Of a stretch of DNA of 64,000 bases, positions 58,685 through 64,000 are shown in pieces. Position 1 is the first letter of the stretch. Every line of letters begins with the position of its first letter. Both the position numbers and the translations under genes were made by a program. Under the pieces are notes generated by a model, which had not been told where the DNA came from, searched no databases, and worked only from the letters and a program-made list of their open reading frames with translations. The DNA comes from Halarcobacter sp. (GTDB lineage Bacteria > Campylobacterota > Campylobacteria > Campylobacterales > Arcobacteraceae): assembly GCA_048571215.1 (NCBI GenBank), contig CP182352.1, forward strand, positions 2,592,001 through 2,656,000, in the 5' to 3' direction.

Positions 58685-60151
58685 TTACGCAGCTACTGGT
58701 GTAGCATTTATAGGTTCTTTATCAAGTACTCTACCTGCTGTTGCAGTTTTGTACATGTTGTATGCAAACATAAAGAATCCAACTAGGTATAATAACCCAC
58801 CAACAGCTCTAATTGTATAATATGGATGTAATACTGTTACTGTATCAATGAAAGAGTAAACTAATGAACCATATTCATCATAAGCTCTCCACATCATACC
58901 TTGAGTAATACCTGCAATCCACATAGATGTAAAATATAAAACAATTGCAGTTGTTTGTAACCAGAATTGTGTATCCATTAATGATTTAGAATAAATCTCT
59001 CTACCATACATTCTTGGTGCCATATGGAATAATGCTGCCATTACCATAAATACAACCCATCCTAGTACACCATCATGTACGTGACCTGGAATCCAGTCTG
59101 TAAAGTGCGCAATTGCATTTACTGATTTAATAGATTGAATTGGTCCTTCGATTGTAGATAACATATAGAATGTTGAAGCTAAAATCATGAACTTGATTAA
59201 TGTATTTGTTTGTAGTTGTTGCCACTCACCCTTCATAGTTAAAAGCATATTAATAGCAGATCCCCATGATGGTAAAATTAACACAATAGACATAACAGAA
59301 CCCATAGTTTGCATCCAGTCAGGAACTGTAGAGTAAACTAAGTGGTGTCCACCAGCCCAAAGGTAAACAAATAATAATCCCCAGAAAGCTAAAATAGATA
59401 ACTTATATGAGTAAACATTTTGACCTGATTCTTTTGGTAAGAAATAATAGATCATTGCAATAATCGGCACAGTAAATACGAAACCAACTGCATTATGTCC
59501 ATACCACCATTGTACTAAAGCATCATTTGATCCAGAATACATAGAAACAGAGTGAATCCATGAACCATAACCAGATACTAAAGCTGTAGGTACTTCCATA
59601 TTATTAAATAAGTATAACATTGCAACAGCTAAGAAACCAGCAATAAAATACCAAATTGAGATATATAAAGTTCTCTCTCTTCTAATCCCAATAAGACCGA
59701 AAATAGAAACACCATATAATACCCACCATACAACAACCAAAAGGTCTAAAGGCCACTCTAACTCTGCATATTCTTTAGAAGTAGTAATACCCATAAATAG
59801 TGTAACTACCGCTAATAATATCGTAATAAAATATATTGCAAAATGTAATTTTGCAACACCCATTAAAAATGGAGACTCTTTTAAAGAAACCTTTAAAACT
59901 CTTTGCCCAATGTAATACCATGTAGCAAAAATACCACTAAGAGTAAAACCAAAAGCCACACCATTTGTGTGTAAAGGTCTTAATCTACTGAAAGTACCAT
60001 ATTCCCCAGCTAAATTATTTAACTCAGGATATGCCAGTTGGAATGCTAAGACAACACCAACAGTCATACCAATGATACCAAACAGAATTGTTGCAAATGT
60101 AAACGCTTTTGCAATTGAGTAATCATACTCGATTTGTGCACCGTTTTGCAT
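58685..60151 (-). CDS. ccoN: cbb3 oxidase subunit I
   Basis: RLRPLHTN, KEYAELEWP, QWWYGHNAVG, WAGGHHL, GHVH; start ATG 60151 (or TTG 60154) after AGGAGG. Confidence 0.98.
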   Translation of the reverse strand: MQNGAQIEYDYSIAKAFTFATILFGIIGMTVGVVLAFQLAYPELNNLAGEYGTFSRLRPLHTNGVAFGFTLSGIFATWYYIGQRVLKVSLKESPFLMGVAKLHFAIYFITILLAVVTLFMGITTSKEYAELEWPLDLLVVVWWVLYGVSIFGLIGIRRERTLYISIWYFIAGFLAVAMLYLFNNMEVPTALVSGYGSWIHSVSMYSGSNDALVQWWYGHNAVGFVFTVPIIAMIYYFLPKESGQNVYSYKLSILAFWGLLFVYLWAGGHHLVYSTVPDWMQTMGSVMSIVLILPSWGSAINMLLTMKGEWQQLQTNTLIKFMILASTFYMLSTIEGPIQSIKSVNAIAHFTDWIPGHVHDGVLGWVVFMVMAALFHMAPRMYGREIYSKSLMDTQFWLQTTAIVLYFTSMWIAGITQGMMWRAYDEYGSLVYSFIDTVTVLHPYYTIRAVGGLLYLVGFFMFAYNMYKTATAGRVLDKEPINATPVAA

Positions 60152-60320
60152 CAATCTCCTCCTACTAAATTTTTTTACAAGTCACTTTTTCATGTCACTT
60201 ATCAACAAAATATTAGCTAATATGGTATAAATTTAAGCTTAATATCTTAATTTTTTTTTTAAGTTTAGTTTAATTTTGTAACTTATTTGTAATTAACTTT
60301 TTATAGAGTATTTATAAGAA

Positions 60321-60794
60321 CTACTTATAGTTTTTTAAAGCTTGCTCACTCTCCCTTTTTAAGGTCTTTTGCTTTAAATCTTCCCTTTTATCGTGTAACT
60401 TCTTACCTCTTGCTGTTGCTATTTTTAATTTCAACATATTCTTAGAATTAAAATATAATTTAAGTGGTACAATTGTTATTCCATCTTTTGTAACTTTTAA
60501 AAATAATTTATCAATCTCTTTTCTATTTAATAAAAGTTTTCTATCTCTTCTTTCATTTGGTCTAAATGTCGAATGTGCAGTACTTAAATGTGTTATATGC
60601 ATATTAAGTACAAAAATCTCATTTTTGATTATTCTAACAAAGGAATCTTTTAAATTTACTCTACCATCTCGTGCTGCTTTTACTTCACTACCTTCTAGTA
60701 CAATTCCAGCATCAAATGTTTCTAATATCTCATAATCGTGGAACGCTTTTTTGTTCTTAAACTCTAAATTTTTTTTAATCTCTTTTTTAGCCAT
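60321..60794 (-). CDS. smpB: SsrA-binding protein
   Basis: [35 protein letters not shown]; start MAKKE after GGAG. Confidence 0.97.
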   Translation of the reverse strand: MAKKEIKKNLEFKNKKAFHDYEILETFDAGIVLEGSEVKAARDGRVNLKDSFVRIIKNEIFVLNMHITHLSTAHSTFRPNERRDRKLLLNRKEIDKLFLKVTKDGITIVPLKLYFNSKNMLKLKIATARGKKLHDKREDLKQKTLKRESEQALKNYK

Positions 60795-61560
60795 TAACTT
60801 CTCCATTTAGTCTAAAAAATGAACTACCACTTCCACTAAAATACCAGTCTTGTTTATTATATATATTTAACTGTTCATAGTTGTAAAGTGCAGGTTCATA
60901 TAAATCATTTGCCTCATTTATGCTGAGTTTTCTTAAAATAACTTTAGAATCCAAATTTAATAATTCCTCTTTTTGTTTATAATCAATTTCTTTATAAAAA
61001 AAATTTCTAAAAGTTGAAAATATTTTTCCTGTATCACACTTAATTGGGGGTGTAATAACCTCAATATTCAAAATAGGTTCATCAAATTTTTCAACAATTT
61101 CACCAATACCTGTAACATTTGCACTATCATATTCATATATAAAAAATGGTACATCAGCACCTATGGTTGAGCCAATTGTTGCTAATTGATCTTTTGATAA
61201 ATTAAGATTACAAACTATATTTACCATATTCATAAAAGTTGCACAATTTGAGCTACCACCCCCAAGTCCTGCAAACTCCGGGATATTTTTTTCAACTTTA
61301 ACAAGATGTTCTTTAAAAAACTCTTCTACCTTAGGTGATAATACTTTTAACTTTTCATAAGCTTTATATATTGTGTTCTTTTTTAGTTCACAGCCAAATT
61401 CACCCTCTAAACTAAAATCTTTACACTCTTTATTTTCAAAAGATATTAAATCATATAAAGAATGAACTCTCACAAACCTAGATACCAATTCGTGGTAATT
61501 ACCTCTTATTCCAGCAATTTTTAAAAATATATTTACTTTTGCATAAGATTTTTTTTTCAA
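60787..61560 (-). CDS. ispE: 4-diphosphocytidyl-2-C-methyl-D-erythritol kinase
   Basis: [35 protein letters not shown]. Confidence 0.96.
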   Translation of the reverse strand: MKKKSYAKVNIFLKIAGIRGNYHELVSRFVRVHSLYDLISFENKECKDFSLEGEFGCELKKNTIYKAYEKLKVLSPKVEEFFKEHLVKVEKNIPEFAGLGGGSSNCATFMNMVNIVCNLNLSKDQLATIGSTIGADVPFFIYEYDSANVTGIGEIVEKFDEPILNIEVITPPIKCDTGKIFSTFRNFFYKEIDYKQKEELLNLDSKVILRKLSINEANDLYEPALYNYEQLNIYNKQDWYFSGSGSSFFRLNGEVNG

Positions 61561-62408
61561 TTTAATGCAACCTTATTTAACAAATATTTTATTTCACCAT
61601 TTTCAATTTGAATTATACTAAAGAAATCATCAAACTTTATTAGATATTTTCCCTCATCTTTATATTTAAAATAATCAATTGATAATTTTTTACCATCTTC
61701 AAAATATTTTTTTTCACCTAAATAAATATTTTGCTTTAAATCTAAATACTCTAAGGGGTTTAAATCTCTTTCATTTTCAAAAGTGAATTTTCCTTCATTT
61801 AATCTATTTAAATAAGAAAGTGTTCCTTTTTTATCTAATCTTTTTAATAAAATCTGTGTCAAACTTCTTATATAAGACCCCTCACTTACACTTGCTTCAA
61901 AGGTAATAAAAGGATGTTTATATGAGATAAATTTACTCTTAAAAACTTTCATTGTTGATTTTTTCATCTCAACATCTTTTCCTTGTCTTGCTAAATCATA
62001 AGCTCTTTTACCATCTATTTTTTTTGCTGAATATTTTGGAGGATAGTAATCATGACTTCCAACAAGACTTTCTATTTGCTGTTTTAAAATATCTTCATCA
62101 ACACAAGTCTCTTCTTCTATATCAATAATATTTTCAATATCTAAAGAATTTGATGTAACTCCCAGCCAAATAACAGCTCTATAAGTTTTTGGTGTTTTTT
62201 CTAAATAATTAAAAAGTTTTGAGTATTGTCCAAATGCAACTATTAAACAACCGCAAGCAAAAGGGTCAAGAGTACCTGAAAAACCAGCTTTTTTATTTTT
62301 GTATTTTCTTTTTATCTCATTTAAATATGAATTAGAAGACCTAAAGATTGGTTTGTTTACTACAATTAGTTTATTTAAGGGTTTTTTATTATAAAGTTTT
62401 TTTTGCAT
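61557..62408 (-). CDS. truB: tRNA pseudouridine(55) synthase
   Basis: NKP, KAGFSGTLDPFA.G, PPKYSAKKIDGKRAY, SEGSYIRSL. Confidence 0.96.
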   Translation of the reverse strand: MQKKLYNKKPLNKLIVVNKPIFRSSNSYLNEIKRKYKNKKAGFSGTLDPFACGCLIVAFGQYSKLFNYLEKTPKTYRAVIWLGVTSNSLDIENIIDIEEETCVDEDILKQQIESLVGSHDYYPPKYSAKKIDGKRAYDLARQGKDVEMKKSTMKVFKSKFISYKHPFITFEASVSEGSYIRSLTQILLKRLDKKGTLSYLNRLNEGKFTFENERDLNPLEYLDLKQNIYLGEKKYFEDGKKLSIDYFKYKDEGKYLIKFDDFFSIIQIENGEIKYLLNKVALN

Positions 62409-62414
62409 TAAAAA

Positions 62415-64000
62415 TTAAATCTTCTCAACAAATGAAGATAAGATATCCCTTCTAGTACCACCAAAATTTATAGTAAGTTTATAATCTTTGCCAGCTTTTG
62501 TAGCTTTTTGAACTCTTCCCATCCCAAAAATTTTATGCTGTACTAAATCACCCTTTTTAAATGCAGAGTTTTTTTCAATAGTTAAACTTCCTTTTATTAA
62601 GCCACTCTCACATAAAAATCTACTTTTTAATAAGCTTGCTCTTTTACCTTTATAAAATCTTGAATGTACAAAAGATAAGGTTAAGGTATCCATTGCCCTT
62701 GTAATAGCAACATATCCTAAACGTCTTTCCTCTTCGATATCACTTCCATCACCAATTATTGGGAAAAAACCCTCTTCCAAACCTATTATAAATAGATGTT
62801 TATATTCTAAACCTTTAGAAGAGTGTATACTCATCATAGATACAGCTTGATCAGTTAACTCACTTTGTTCTGATTCTAAAGCTATCTCATTTAAAAAATC
62901 CTCTAAACCTAAATGGGGATGTTGTATAAAATAATCCCTAATATATCCATTGAACTCATCGATATTTGCTTGTCTATCAAAACCATCGGGTACATTATCA
63001 AAAGATGCCCTATAATCAAAGGTTTCTTCAAATAGATCTAAAAACCTCATTTTTGATTCTTCTAAGGTATCTTTTAAGTCCATAATTGAAGCTATAAATA
63101 CTTTTAATGTTCTTGAGTTCTTTTTCCCTACAATTGCCGATAACTCTTCGGCATCAAACTCTTCTAAAATTGTGAATATAGGTTTTTGTAACTCTATTGA
63201 TTTAGCATCAAGCTTATCAATTGTTGTTTTTCCTATACCTCTTTTAGGTTTATTTATTATTCTTTTTAAAGAGAAATTATCTGTACTATTTGTTAGAATT
63301 CTAAAATATGCAATTAAATCTTTTATCTCAGCTCTTTCATAAAACTTCATACCACCTACAAGTTTATAGTTTAAGCCTGCTTTATTAAATCCCTCTTCAA
63401 GTGATCTTGAAAGGGCATTAACCCTAAATAAAATAGCAATATCTTTTGCACTTTCTCCTGTATTAATTAGTTTTTTTATATCTTCACATATCTTTCTGGT
63501 CTCTTCATTTTCATCATGGGACTCATAAACTTTTATGCTTTCACCTTTTGTTCTTGTTCCTATTAATTTTTTTCCAAGTCTATCTCTATTGTGTTCTATT
63601 AAATTGTTTGCATGTTCTAATATAGTATCAGTTGAACGGTAATTCTCTTCAAGTTTTACAACTTTTGTATTCTCAAAATGTTCTGTAAAATTTAATATGT
63701 TTTTAATAGTAGCTCCACGCCATCCATAAATTGACTGGTCATCATCACCAACAACACAAAGATTTGTATGGGTAGAGCAAAGTTTTCTAAGAAGTTTGTA
63801 TTGTAGCTCATTTGTATCTTGATACTCATCAACCATAACATATTGATATCTATTACTAGTCTCTTTTGCTAATTGATCATTTTTTTCTAATATCTTATAA
63901 GGAAGTAGTAACAAGTCATCAAAATCTACAAGATTGTTTTTTAATAAGTATGCCTCATATTTTTCATAAACATCAGCAACTTGTTGATAAAGTTTTAGTT
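62415..64000 (-). CDS. UvrD/PcrA/Rep family DNA helicase (5' end beyond window)
   Basis: DFDDLL, VDEYQDTN, VVGDDDQSIYGWRGA, NYRST, HSSKGLE, EERRLGYVAITRA; frame stays open to the window end. Confidence 0.94.
   Translation of the reverse strand, partial: LKLYQQVADVYEKYEAYLLKNNLVDFDDLLLLPYKILEKNDQLAKETSNRYQYVMVDEYQDTNELQYKLLRKLCSTHTNLCVVGDDDQSIYGWRGATIKNILNFTEHFENTKVVKLEENYRSTDTILEHANNLIEHNRDRLGKKLIGTRTKGESIKVYESHDENEETRKICEDIKKLINTGESAKDIAILFRVNALSRSLEEGFNKAGLNYKLVGGMKFYERAEIKDLIAYFRILTNSTDNFSLKRIINKPKRGIGKTTIDKLDAKSIELQKPIFTILEEFDAEELSAIVGKKNSRTLKVFIASIMDLKDTLEESKMRFLDLFEETFDYRASFDNVPDGFDRQANIDEFNGYIRDYFIQHPHLGLEDFLNEIALESEQSELTDQAVSMMSIHSSKGLEYKHLFIIGLEEGFFPIIGDGSDIEEERRLGYVAITRAMDTLTLSFVHSRFYKGKRASLLKSRFLCESGLIKGSLTIEKNSAFKKGDLVQHKIFGMGRVQKATKAGKDYKLTINFGGTRRDILSSFVEKI

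Noticed and set aside
60251..60260. T10 tract in the ccoN promoter as a phase-variation site
   Set aside because: A/T runs are common in this AT-rich DNA; known phase variation in this group mostly uses poly-G/C tracts, and I saw none of relevant length.
1..64000. tRNA/rRNA genes, CRISPR arrays, IS elements, prophage or defence genes, and the many short antisense ORFs in the track
   Set aside because: I noticed no T-loop/cloverleaf, repeat-spacer pattern, transposase, integrase or phage motif by eye. The short overlapping ORFs are antisense or alternate-frame shadows of well-supported genes.

Overview
Very AT-rich, gene-dense core-chromosome segment of a Campylobacterota bacterium. Gene content and order point to Arcobacteraceae (inference). 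It holds about 60 housekeeping CDSs. These cover translation (trmD-rplS, pheST, rpsA, efp, infB-rbfA-rimP, prfB, smpB, truB), amino-acid and cofactor synthesis (metE, ilvA, argB, thrB, thrC, aroA, serA, nadAC, ribD, moeA, queCDE, ispE, ispH, folB), fatty-acid/LPS synthesis (fabG-acpP-fabF-accA, plsY, lpxC), respiration (petABC, ccoNOQP plus accessory genes, atpB, two extra c-type cytochromes), two porins, addA and addB about 43 kb apart, and a heme-c/GAF diguanylate cyclase. I saw no tRNA, rRNA, CRISPR array, transposase or prophage. The most interesting element is a 120-codon ORF with no internal Met directly upstream of metE. It has a CHCDC cluster and a C-terminal RRTGVHPP motif. The codons at and after PP are complementary to the metE Shine-Dalgarno and start codon, which is the architecture of a ribosome-arrest-peptide translational switch. 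Other points: structured leaders before rplS and the major porin, a 123-nt palindromic element after efp, a 30-aa cco-operon protein missing from the ORF track, csrA missing from its usual locus, Fur-box-like sites and candidate leaderless mRNAs.
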